Source of the DNA: Octopus sinensis
Lineage: Eukaryota
Direction: 5' to 3'
Length of the DNA: 24,395 nt
Assembly: GCF_006345805.1 (NCBI RefSeq)
Contig: NW_021836570.1
Span: 1 to 24,395 of the forward strand
Positions within the stretch are counted from its first letter, which is position 1. The number at the start of each line of letters is the position of its first letter. A program made the translations under genes and the position numbers. This document shows positions 9,772-21,400 of the stretch, piece after piece. The notes beneath the pieces were generated by a model that made no database searches, was not told where the DNA came from, and worked only from the letters and a program-made list of their open reading frames with translations.

Positions 9772-10325
9772 AAGGCGACGATCTTGCTGAATCATTAGCA
9801 TATCGGGCGAAATTCTTTCGTCTGACTTTACCTTCTGAGGTCAAATTCCGCCTGGTTGACTTTACCTTTCATCCTATCGAAGTCGATAAACAAAGTACCA
9901 GTTATGCACTGGAGGTTGATGTAATCGACTTAATCCCTTTGCCTGTCCTTGTTTGTCCTCTCTGTGTTTAGCCTCTTGTGGGTAGTAAAGAAATAGGTAT
10001 TTCGTCTGTTTTTACGTTCTGAGTTCAAATTCCGCCGAGGTCGACTTTACATTTCATCCTTTCGAAGTCGATAAACAAAGTACCAGTTATGCACTGGAGG
10101 TTGATGTAATCGACTTAATCCGTTTGTCTGTCATTGTTTGTTCTCTCTGTGTTTAGCCCCTTGTGGGTAGTAAAGAAATAGGTATTTCGTCTGTCGTTAC
10201 GTTCTGAGTTCAAATTCCGCGAAGGTTGACTTAACATTTCATTCTTTCGGGGTCGATAAATTAAGTACCAGTGAAATAGTGGGGATCGATGTAATCGACT
10301 AGTCCATTCTCCACAAATTCGAGAA
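9772..10325 (+). mobile_element. Head-to-tail SINE family 2 trimer (one headed unit plus two A-box-less units, 185-bp period)
   Basis: Junction GGTAGTAAAGAAATA|GGTATTTCGTCTG at 9995/9996 and at 10180/10181. Confidence 0.9.
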
Positions 10326-10375
10326 CGTGGGTAAATATATGTTTGTACAATTATGTATGTATATGTGCATATATG

Positions 10376-10423
<48 letters not shown>

Positions 10424-10436
10424 GTAGATAGATATG

Positions 10437-10469
<33 letters not shown>

Positions 10470-10472
10470 ATA

Positions 10473-10516
<44 letters not shown>

Positions 10517-10814
10517 GGTGGGTATATATGTAACTATTAATAGAACCTATTTTAAATAGATTAAATAACATAATTTATAGTTTGTATAATTTTTTCACTG
10601 TTTTTCTTCTATATTCGATATTTGTGTAGACATGCGTCTGCGCATATGTGTACGTATGTGTATGTATATGTATGTATATATGTGTATGTGTCTGCGCGTA
10701 TATGCATATATACTCATATATATATATATATATAGCAATAATAAATCTCTGAACAAGCTACAGTAACACCCACCCTTAGTGGTTAGCCATATTGAGATGG
10801 CTAGTATACCTTAC

Positions 10815-10855
<41 letters not shown>

Positions 10856-11230
10856 CATATATTTGAATATAAATGTGAGTACATGCTTTTGCAGAAATAA
10901 TAGTACATATGAATATATAGATTTTTATAATTAACATTTAATATGTACAAATAATATTAGTTTCATTAATTAATTATCTTCTATCTTATTATTTATTCCA
11001 AACTTCGCTCAATAATGTATATATATTTTTTTGCGTGTGTTCTCCGCGTCTAGTTTTTCTCTTCTTGTATCCGAATTTATGGAAGCTCATTTCAGCACAT
11101 TTACTTCTATTTTCTATTCTCCTTTAATCTTCTTATAATCCCCCTTTATCTTCCTATTAATTAATAATTTTATTCTTTTAATTAATTTAGTATATTAACC
11201 TTGCTTATATTTGTATACGTGCTTGTGTGC

Positions 11231-11268
<38 letters not shown>

Positions 11269-11379
11269 TATATATATATAATTATATATATATATATATA
11301 TATTATATATAGTATATATATATATATATATATGTAGGTATGTATATGTATATATACACATACATACATACATATATAT

Positions 11380-11421
11380 ATCCGTCCGACGAACGGGAAC
11401 GTGAAACTCCGAGTAACGGGT
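11380..11421 (+). ncRNA. Type I hammerhead ribozyme motif (CCGACGA core variant)
   Basis: AUCCGU-CCGACGA-ACG(GGAA)CGU-GAA-ACU(CCG)AGU-A-ACGGGU: stems I, II and III all pair; GUA cleavage triplet. Confidence 0.65.
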
Positions 11422-11523
11422 TTTGTTGAATTTCTACTGCTTTTAAATAAAACATATTAATCTACCACTGGTATTTGAGTACTCTTTTTTCCACCTTGTT
11501 CCACATTTATGTGTTTACTCCGG
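11380..11523 (+). mobile_element. Hammerhead-motif element family B (~145 bp) inside (TA)n
   Basis: Aligns with 486-623; (TA)n on both sides. Confidence 0.8.
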
Positions 11524-11536
11524 TATATATATATAT

Positions 11537-11890
11537 ATGAAGGCCTGCAACATCAACATTAGCGGTTGGGAGGCAGTCGCCGGCAATCGTGGAGAATGGC
11601 GACGTACAGTAAAAGAGGGTATACAGAGGAGTGACAGAAAGAGAGAGGAGAAATGGAAAGAAAGGAAGAGACATAAACAAGAGACCATGGCACTACAACC
11701 AGCCAGGAACAGTCTTCGCTACATTTGCAGTACCTGCCAGAGGGAGTGTTTGTCCAGGATAGGACTACACAGCCACAGCAAGAAATGTAACAGGAAATAA
11801 AATATAACAGCCGGACTAGACCTAGAAAAAAAAAAAAAAAAATGCGCAACTCCATTGTCTCCCGAGACAGAAAGGATGCCAATACAATAA
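11537..11890 (+). mobile_element. RTE-clade LINE, 5'-truncated 3' fragment
   Basis: ORF 11537-11800 has WEAVAGNRGEWRRTVKEG and a terminal CSTCQRECLSRIGLHSHSKKC motif typical of RTE ORF ends. 3' end CCATTGTCTCCCGAGACAGAAAGGATGCCAATACAA includes a TGTCT/AGACA hairpin. Confidence 0.85.
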
Positions 11891-12994
11891 GAGGTAATGG
11901 TGCCAATAAGACGCAATGGTGTCAGGTAATGCTGAGTAAGTGCTTTGGACAGACCATAAATAAGCTCCAGGTTCGGTGATTATGCGAATAAGGAGTCCAG
12001 CGTATTTATAAGTGTTCTATTTATAAATTCATATGTTATAGAATCTTCACAGCCTTGGTTTTTTTAAATCTCATTCTGAAATATATATATATATATATAT
12101 ATATGCGTGTGTATGTGAGTGTGTGTACATATATTACGTGCATGTGTGTGTATATATGTTTATATTGAACACCTAATTATTTCACTACACTACTTCCATA
12201 ATATTATAAGCTATCTATTGTTTTGTTTTTTTACGTATCACCATTATTCGTATTCTTGCGTGGGCATGTCTGCATTATCATCATTTATATTCATGACTAA
12301 CTCTATTTTTTTATAACTGTATCTATTTTTATAACAGTGATTAGTGACTTTAATGGTACACTGTGTTCTTCCCGTTTTTTTTTTGTTTGTTTCTTTTTCA
12401 TTTTGTTTTAAGTACGATGAATTTCTTTGTACATCCTTCCCCGAAGATATTCTCAATTGTAGCAATTAACAAAATTAATTTAGTTGAATTAAATTAAATT
12501 TGATTAATTTTTATGCTGCAAGTGATGAATTGAAACGATTGTTGGTCTGATATTGTCATTGTTAATAGACTTTTATTAATCTTATCTCCATCTTCTATTT
12601 TGCTTTGCGTACGCCAGCTGAGCTTAATTCGTCCTAGTCGAAAGACGCCTGTTCGTGATGTCCTGTTATTGTTATTAATATTATTATTATCATTGTTTTT
12701 ACGTATTATTATTATTGCTTTTGCGTATTATTTTTGTATTCATAATCGTGTAACATCCTCTGTTTTACTGTCCTTGTTTTGTATACATTCGAAGCTTTCT
12801 TCCAAGGAATCTAATGCGCTTAGCTTAGAATTTCTTTGGGGCTGGCCAGATTGGAGCAATCTCAAGATTAATCAGCCGAAATTGCGAGGATGGTCCGGTT
12901 CTTGACTGAAGATTGACGGCTTCGAATGTCCCGTCCGTGTTTTTTGTATCGTTATCAAAATGTTTTGCGTTTTTGTCCCACTTTGTATTTTTAT

Positions 12995-13027
<33 letters not shown>

Positions 13028-13445
13028 ATATATATATATATATAGATATATATATATATATTATATATATATAATATGTGTGTGTGTTTATGTCTGTGTT
13101 TATTCCCCCCACTACAATCGCTTGACAACCGATTTTGGTGTATTTGCGTTCACGTAACCTAGCTGTTCGGCAAAAGAGACTGGTTGAATAAGCACCTGGC
13201 TTACAAGGAATAATTCCAGGGGTCTTCTTCTTCAACAAAAGGGCGGTGCTTCAGCATGGCTACATCCAAATTACTGAAAAAAGTAAAATATTAAAAAATA
13301 TAAGAATACCAGGAAGAACGTTCCGTACCACGAAATCAAGAAGGTTCTTTGAATATGTACGGTGTATTTTAAGCCTAAATAGTAATTCTGTTTACGTTTG
13401 CGTAACAGAGATATTTTGGTTGGATTATACAAATACACACACACA

Positions 13446-13483
<38 letters not shown>

Positions 13484-13529
13484 GATTTTTTCCTCTGTCT
13501 TCTCTTCTCTGGATCTTTTCTTTTCCTAT

Positions 13530-13564
13530 GTTTCTGACGAAGAGCTCCGCTCGAAACGTTCAAC
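13530..13564 (+). ncRNA. Minimal hammerhead ribozyme motif (family A, canonical CUGACGA core)
   Basis: GUUU-CUGACGA-A-GAGC(UCC)GCUC-GAAAC-GUU-CAAC; one mismatch at the base of stem I. Confidence 0.65.
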
Positions 13565-13650
13565 CGTCCTTCTTTCCTGAGTGTCCAATAATACTATATT
13601 TGTTCCACGTCTCGCGTTGTTGGGTTTCTTGTTTGGATTACTAATATATA

Positions 13651-13689
<39 letters not shown>

Positions 13690-14070
13690 GTATATGTATA
13701 TATATGTGTGTGTGTTTATGTCTGTGTTTATCCCCCCACTACAATCGCTTGACAACCGATGTTGGTGTATTTGCGTTCACGTAACCTAGCTGTTCGGCAA
13801 AAGAGACTGGTTGAATAAGCACCTGGCTTACAAGGAATAATTCCAGGGGTCTTCTTCTTCAACAAAAGGGCGGTGCTTCAGCATGGCTACATCCAAATTA
13901 CTGAAAAAAGTAAAATATTAAAAAATATAAGAATACCAGGAAGAACGTTCCGTACCACGAAATCAAGAAGGTTCTTTTGATATGTACGGTGTATTTTAAG
14001 CCTAAATAGTAATTCTGTTTACGTTTGCGTAACAGAGATATTGGTTGGATTATACAAATACACACACACA

Positions 14071-14106
<36 letters not shown>

Positions 14107-14152
14107 GATTTTTTCCTCTGTCTCTCTTTCTCTGGATCTTTTCTTTTCCTAT

Positions 14153-14187
14153 GTTTCTGACGAAGAGCTCCGCTCGAAACGTTCAAC
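14153..14187 (+). ncRNA. Minimal hammerhead ribozyme motif (family A, duplicate copy)
   Basis: Identical to 13530-13564. Confidence 0.65.
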
Positions 14188-14299
14188 CGTCCTTCTTTCC
14201 TGAGTGTCCAATAATACTTATATTTGTTCCACGTCCTCGCGTTGGTGTTTGGGTTTCTTTGGATAAAACTATATATATACTATATATATATATATATAT

Positions 14300-14355
<56 letters not shown>

Positions 14356-14518
14356 GACTTAGACATTAGATGAGATGCAGCATTCAACTCCTGCCTGTAA
14401 AATTACAAGGTTTCATCAGTACATCCTCTGTGTGAGCATGTGTGTGTTTGCGTGCGTGTGTGTCTGTGTGTGTATCTGCGTGTATTTATGCGTATGTATG
14501 TGTATGTGTGTACACATA

Positions 14519-15229
14519 TCCTTAAATCCTTAAAAATGTTTTAGCCCGAAGGCCGCGGCCATGCTGGGTCACCACCGCTGAGTGAGTTACACTAATATGT
14601 GAATCCACCTCTGATACGTGGCACTTGATCAACAAGGGAGTTCGACGCTGCTGCCCGCATCTGCGTCTCCTGTCGTGAGGTAGGTTCATCTGGGACTCCC
14701 AACAAGAAGAGATCCAGTTTAGTTTTAAAGAAACCCACATCCACACCATGTAAGTCTCTCAGGCATTTAGGGAGGATGTTAAAGAGCTGTGGACCTCTGA
14801 AACCCAAGCTGCTGCAGTATCTGGACCTGTATTTTGTTGGTGATGTTGGAATCTTTAGCACCATACAGTGGCGCCCCGTTTTGCGGTTGGGGTAACTTTG
14901 AATGCCAAAGTTTGGGACCAGACCTCCAGGATTTTCTAGATGTATATCACCGCATATCTCTCCCGCCTCCGCTCTAGGGAGAAGAGGTTTAATGCCTTCA
15001 GTCTTTCCCAGTAGCTGATATTTTGCCTTGAGACGATTTTCTTTGTGTAGCTTCTCTGAATTGCTTCGAGTTCTGCTGTTAGTTTTATATTGTGTGGTGA
15101 CCATAGTTGGAAGCAGTAGTCCAAGCGGCTGAGGACGAATGTTTTCCATAGGACCATCAGTGTCTCTTTCTCTCTTGTTCTGAAAGTTCGGAGAATCCAT
15201 CCAGCAAGCCGTCTGCATTTTATCACAAT
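14519..15229 (-). mobile_element. CR1-clade LINE, 5'-truncated (post-RT C-terminus, one frameshift, 3' UTR)
   Basis: GWILRTFRTR...LWKTFVLSRLDYCFQLWSPH...LEAIQRSYTK...YWERLKALNLFSLERRRERY, continued by SLGFRGPQLFNILPKCLRD...FKTKLDLFL..VPDEP; stop at 14592. Tail CCCAGCATGGCCGC with (TTTAAGGA)n repeats. Confidence 0.9.
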
Positions 15230-15538
15230 ATATATATATATTTTTTTTTTTTTCTATACTTTACTTGTGTTGGCGGGTGTGTTGCTTGTATGTGTTTGTA
15301 TAAAATAAATATACAAATTTGTAGGATGAAGAATCTGAAGGGACCGACAGAATAATATTTTGGATTAAGTAATGAATGAAGTTTAGAATTTTGCGAATAA
15401 TGAATTCCTAATTCATTCAAAATCTCCCTCGAGTTGTATATAGGAAACAAAAACCAGACGACAATTGTTATCAATTCCCAATGAGAAAAGGAGATACGAT
15501 CCAAAATAGTAAAAACAAATTATTAAGTGCTTGTACTC

Positions 15539-15539
<1 letters not shown>

Positions 15540-15597
<58 letters not shown>

Positions 15598-15695
15598 ATA
15601 TATATATACATATATATATACACACATATATGCATACATACATATATATTATATATACACACATATATGCATACATACATACATACATATACATA

Positions 15696-15733
<38 letters not shown>

Positions 15734-15792
15734 CATACATATACATATATATGTATATATTATATATATATATATAATATATATATATATAT

Positions 15793-15823
<31 letters not shown>

Positions 15824-15995
15824 ATTCATATATATACTTATATATATATATATACTATATATATTTGTATATGCAAATCACGTAGTTATGACCATATAGA
15901 CATACACGAATATATAAATATATATATACATGTATATCTATAAACATATATGTATGCATACAAAAATGTATATATATATATATTTATATTGTGTG

Positions 15996-16027
<32 letters not shown>

Positions 16028-16080
16028 ATTTGTGTATGTTTGAGTGTGCGTGTAGATATACATATGTGTGTTTGTGCGTG
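15540..16080. repeat. Long imperfect (TA)n/(CATA)n/(TG)n low-complexity tract
   Basis: Direct reading. Confidence 0.95.
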
Positions 16081-16359
16081 TGTTCAAAAATGTAAACAAT
16101 TCTTTAAATAGTCACAATAGCTGAATATTTTCTTAAATTAAATATTATTAATTACATTAAAAATATATTAAATTAAAAACAGACTGAGTCGCCGGCTTTG
16201 GAAGATTTTCTTAGTGTATTAAGGGCTTTCGCTGTTTACAAGTTTTCAGCACATACACAAACGCACTACACACACACATACACACAGACATACACTATGT
16301 GTATATATCGTAATTTTGCCAAATGGTTTACAATCACGAGGTCCTGGGTTCAAAATCTC

Positions 16360-16703
16360 ATGGTTCTGGTTTCCCTCCCACAGTGTCGCACCTTGGACAA
16401 GTCTTTCTACAATAGCTCCGGGCAACCAAAGCGTTGCTAGTGAATTTAGTTGATGGAAACTGAAAGAAGTCCGTCGTATATATATTCACATATGTATGTG
16501 TGTGTGCGTTTGTATTTGTCCTCACCACAGCTTGACAACCGGTGTTTGTTTGTTTACGACCTCCGAACTTAGCTACTCGGCGAATAGAACCTGATAGAAT
16601 AAGTGATAGGCTTTAAAATAAATAAGTACTGGGACCAAATTGACTAAAGAGGATGCTCCAGCATGGGCAAAGCGCAATGACTGAAACAAGTAAAAGAAAA
16701 AAG
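16360..16703 (+). mobile_element. SINE family 1, diverged copy
   Basis: GCACCTTGGACAAGT...GGAAACTGAAAGAAGTCCGTCG-(TA/TG)n-...GATGCTCCAGCATGG...GACTGAAACAAGTAAAAGA. Confidence 0.85.
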
Positions 16704-16944
16704 ATATATTTATATGCGTGTGTATATATTTTATATATCCGCATACACATGTGACAGGGCTTCACACACTTTCGAAAGCATTACTTAACTCCAGGTTATG
16801 GTATGGGGCCCTCGCATAAGGTGTCAAACAGTCAGACTGAACCCTGAACATCGTGGTGAAACCCCCAACTACTTAAACACACATCTATGCCCTCGTTGTT
16901 TTCCATTCCTGCATCCGCAACGATGCCATAACCAGCAATCACTC

Positions 16945-17162
16945 TTTTCAACTATTGACACAAGGCCTGAAATTCTGAAGAAGAGTGTTTGTCGACTATA
17001 TTGACCCCCAAGTGCTCAACTGGTACTTACTTTTTATTGGCCCTAAAACGGGTTGAAAGGCAAACTTGACCCCAGTAGTATTTGAACTCAGAACGTAAAG
17101 CTGGAAGAAACGTCGCAAAGCATTTTGTCTCGTGTGCTGACGATTCTACCAGCCCACCACTC
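16945..17162 (-). mobile_element. SINE family 2, diverged monomer (tail B)
   Basis: CACAAGGCC...ACTGGTACTT...GAAAGGCAAA...TTTGAACTCAGAACGT...GATTCTACCAGC. Confidence 0.8.
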
Positions 17163-17285
17163 TGACTTAGCCAGTAGCTCATCGACCCTGGAGGACTGAG
17201 AGGTAAAGTAGGTCAATGCGAGATTTGAACTGGTAACGTAAAATTTCGTAGATCAATACATTATGCGCGGCGCTGTACAGATTCT

Positions 17286-17706
17286 TATTTCTATATTGCC
17301 CACAAGGAGCTAAACAGAGAGGGGACAAACAAGGACAGACAAAGGAATTAAGTCGATTTCATCCACCCCAATGCGTAACTACCACTTAATTTATCGACCC
17401 CGAAAGGATGAAAGGAAAAGTCGACCTCGGCGGAATTTGAACTCAGAACGTAACGGCAGACGAAATACCTATTTCTTTACTACCCACAAGGGGCTAAACA
17501 CAGAGAAGACAAACAAAGACAGACAAACGAATTAAGTTGATTACATCGACCCCAGTGCGTAACTAGTACTTAATTTATCGACCCCGAAAAGATGAAAGAC
17601 AAATTCGACCTCGGCGGAATTTGATCTCAGAACGTAGCGGCAGACGAAATACCACTCAGCATTTCGCCCAGCGTGCTAACGTTTCTGCCAGCTCTCCGCC
17701 TTTGGG
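17286..17706 (-). mobile_element. SINE family 2 dimer with one 14-bp TSD
   Basis: GCTGTACAGATTCT at 17272-17285 and 17707-17720. Internal junction at 17469/17470 is identical to the trimer junction. Confidence 0.9.
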
Positions 17707-18047
17707 GCTGTACAGATTCTGCTATCCGTTGTCCTCTGCTCAAAATAAGATTTCTAACATCCGTACAACACTTGCTATTTAAGGGAAAGGCATATTCGAT
17801 TTCAATCTACTTCAATATTTGATTTGTATTTTATTTCATCGACTTCTGAGGAGTGAACAGCAAAATTGACTTGGTCGAGGTTCGATCCCAGAACGGATAG
17901 ATACTTACCTAAATACTGCATCATATTTTGCTCGCTGCTCTTTTAGTCCTGCCAATTTCCTACTCGCTGTTCAATATAATCAAATATAATATATGATATC
18001 ATATAGATAGTATAATATAAAGTGTGTAGGCGCATAGATAGACAGAT

Positions 18048-18157
<110 letters not shown>

Positions 18158-18450
18158 CTTTCTTTATTAGCCACACAGGGCTGAATACAGAGGGGACAAA
18201 TACAAATGCAGAGCTTTCCTTTTCGAGGGTGGAAAAAAAAGAAAATAAATGTAAGATTGCGATCAAAAGGGATCGAGAGGAGGAGAAAAAAGGAAAGAAA
18301 TCGTGTATCACAGAAACAATGATAAAAACATTGATAAAACAAGATTGGGTTCATCCGTGGGAAGAAAAGCCTACAGAAAAGACCACGGGAACCCCAGTCA
18401 GGAAGGAAATAACCACATGAGATCAAAATGCTCTCTTTCTTTTTTACGAT

Positions 18451-21400
18451 CTACAGAATCATGCTCAAAATGGTTTCGTCACTCGCACGCACCATCTTTG
18501 CAACATTCACCCGTCTTTTTTTAATCTTTCGCGAGACAAAACTTCCCTCTCCATTCTCACCTTCCTTTTCAAGTGGTACTTGAAAAAGTTGATGAGCGAT
18601 TGGCCAGAGAGGTAAATGTTTGTCTCTAATCCTTTCGCTCGGGTCCACCACACACATTCTTTCACCATGGCCACCAGTACGATGAAAACTGCCTTGCCTT
18701 CCCGGTTGAGGGAAGGGGGCGGAGCAATTCTCACGATAGACTCGGCCATAGGCGGATTCGTCCACACGTTGACAGCAGCCGTTCGGCATAAGCCCACAGG
18801 TCTGAAATGGTTTGACATGCACGAGTGCGTGCAGAACGGTTTCGTCGCTCTGACCGCATCTCGGGCAAGTCGGTCCAGTGTGTCTGGAACCGTGTCTGTA
18901 GAGCTTATCCCGAACAGGTAATGCTTCTCGATAGCACTGCCAGGCCGAGATCTTTGGTGATTGTTCATAGGTCCCGGCCCGAAGTTGTCCTGAACAGGCG
19001 GGTCAGGTGTTCCTCGTCGACGCCCAGACTCTGCCCGAGTTCGTCGTCGCACCTCCCCTCAGCTAATCCTCTATAGAATGCCTTTGTTGTGATGGAGTCG
19101 CACAAGTTCGATCCCGGACGGCAGAGTTGCTTGAGAGCAACGCAACACTCGCGGTGCCATTCGCCTAGCCTCGGTCTCTGCTTGATCCATGACTGTAGTT
19201 CGTCCAAGGAGACGAGCTGCGGGAAAGCGCGCCGCACAAAAGGCGACCACACCTGTTCACCGTTGTCTATGAAGCGCCGGAGATGTCGCAGTCTCAGCGC
19301 ATGTCTGCGCATGTCAACCACGGCATGCCCAGCCCTCCATTTAGCGGGTGTTGACAGCAAATGGATCGCCTAACCATCGGAACGTTTCCCTTCCACAAGA
19401 AGCGGAAGAGTATACGTTCCAGTTTGGTGATGGTAGGGTCGGGACAAGGCACGACGGTCAGACGATACTCGATGACGGATGCGATGTACGCGTTCGCCAC
19501 CTCCGCCCGACCTTTTAGGGATAGCTTTCTCTCAGCCCAGTTCTGGGTGAGAGTAGCCACCCTAGTCGTTATCTCGCCCCAGTTCTTCTCCATTTGGAGG
19601 TCCGGACCGAACCAGACCCCGAGCAATTAACGGTCCGTCCGTCCAGCGTCCCACGATGGAGACGCTGTTGGACGGCATGGGCCTGCTTCTCCAGGTGCCG
19701 AGCCGCAAGCCCACTGACTTTTCCCGGTTAATTTTTGCTCCCGTTACCGCTTCGTATTCTTTTAGTGTCTCGCCGACTAGCTCGATGTGCTCGTAGCCCG
19801 ACACTATGACGGTGACGTCATCCGCGTATGCAGACACGCTCCTCCCGCATCCCAGCTCTCGTGGGATGCCCCTCAGCGTCGCCAGTTTCCGCAGTAGTGG
19901 CTCAAGAGTCAATACATACAGCAGCGATGAGAGGGGGCATCCCTGACGAACCAAACGCATGATTGTAAAAAGGTCTGGATAGATGACCATTTACGCGAAC
20001 ACTTACTGCGCGGATGCCGCTGTATAAGGCAGCGATCCAACCGCGGAAAACTGGACCGAAACCAGCCGCTTTAAGGACAGCCTCCAAGTAGTGATGGTCT
20101 ACCCTATCGAAAGCTTTTGATTGATCCAAATTGATCAGCGCCCCACCCATGCCAGGATTCTTAACTACCCTGTCCATGATGTAGCGCATCAAATGGAGGT
20201 TGTCATGAATACTTCTACCCGGCACGGCGCATGTTTGCGCCTTGTCGATTAGTTTCTTGATGACAAGCGCCAACCTCTCGGCTAACACCTTGGCCAAAAT
20301 TTTCAAATCTGCGTTGAGCAGAGTGGGGCCTGAAATTATCTATGACGTCCCCCTTGTTTGGGTCTTTCTTAATCAGTGCCACTGCTCCTCGCTTTAACAA
20401 AAGCAGGAATACTCCCGTTTTGCTGCCAGTTGCAGTAGACAGCTGCCAAGACGCCTCCAAACAAGTCTGTCATATGAAAATAAAGTTCGTAGGCAGACCA
20501 TCCAAGCCTGGTTGACTTGTCTCTCGCGCAGCCTACCATTGCATCCTGTACGTCCGCAGCTGTGATAGGCCTTCACAAGACTCCACCTCTCTTGCTGAGA
20601 GTCGTGGCAAGGCATGCAGGTAGGCACTAAAGTCCACTCTGCGTTCTGACCCACCACTTGTCCCAAACAGTTGGGTGAAAGTTTGTTTGAAAAGCCCCAC
20701 ACATCCTTTTAGGCTCGAGCAATTCGCGCCCCTGTTCATCTATAAGAGACTTGATGGTGGCTCTGTTGCCTCGTTGCGTCTCCACCACTCGGGCCTCTTG
20801 GGCGGCTCCAACTCCTTCGTTCCTCAGAGCACGCATCCTAGCTCTGACAACGCATCCCTCGTGTTTGGCGTTGAGGTGTTGGTCGAGGGCCAATCTCGCC
20901 GCCAGCACGTTGGACGCGATGCCAGTTCTAAGTGCCTCTTCTAAAACCTTAACTAATTCTCCCTCTATTCTATTTCGGTCTAATGCTAGGGCTTTACTGT
21001 ATCTGACTGATTCTGCTTTAATTGCTTTTTTAGGGCATACCACCATCTGTTGTTGATGATGGTACCCGTCAAAGCTCTCTTAACTAATGTGCTGATCCGT
21101 CCCTGTAAACCTGTCGTGCAGTAAAAGACGCGTTCAGTTTCCAGTAACCAGGACCCTGCCTATGTGTCTTATCTAAGTCAAGTGTACAAGTCACAAACTT
21201 GTGATCTGTGTAACTGACTATATGAAATTGTGGACAACCTACCTATTTTATCTATGTTTCTACATATACTCTATCTAAGTATGATCTGGACGACCCGATG
21301 CGGTTACTCCATGTCCACATTGGCACATTCGGGTGGTCCAGTCGGTACCTGTCAGACAGTTGGAAACGTCTGAGCAGGTCTTTGAGGCATTTGCATCCCC

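Larger units (their letters stand above)
13075..14305. repeat. ~625 bp tandem duplication (SINE family 1 3' half + spacer + hammerhead element A)
   Basis: TTACAAGGAATAATTCC at 13201 and 13828; CTGACGAAGAGC at 13534 and 14157. Breakpoints fall in (TA)n(TG)n. Confidence 0.95.

Noticed and set aside
9772-10325. Regularly spaced repeats suggestive of a CRISPR array
   Set aside because: They are 185-bp whole-unit repeats without unique spacers, in a eukaryotic context.
12895-12940. CTGAAGA...TTCGAATGTC, a hammerhead-like string
   Set aside because: It has GAAT rather than GAAA and no convincing stem II or stem I.
355-16440. Numerous ORFs rich in YI/CV/HT/LSIY repeats
   Set aside because: They are translations of (TA)n, (TG)n, (CA)n and (GATA)n microsatellites and SINEs, with no coding signature.
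17790-17940. Highly degenerate SINE-like remnants (also 16745-16885 and 17180-17240)
   Set aside because: They are probably old family 1 or 2 fragments, but too diverged to bound reliably by eye.
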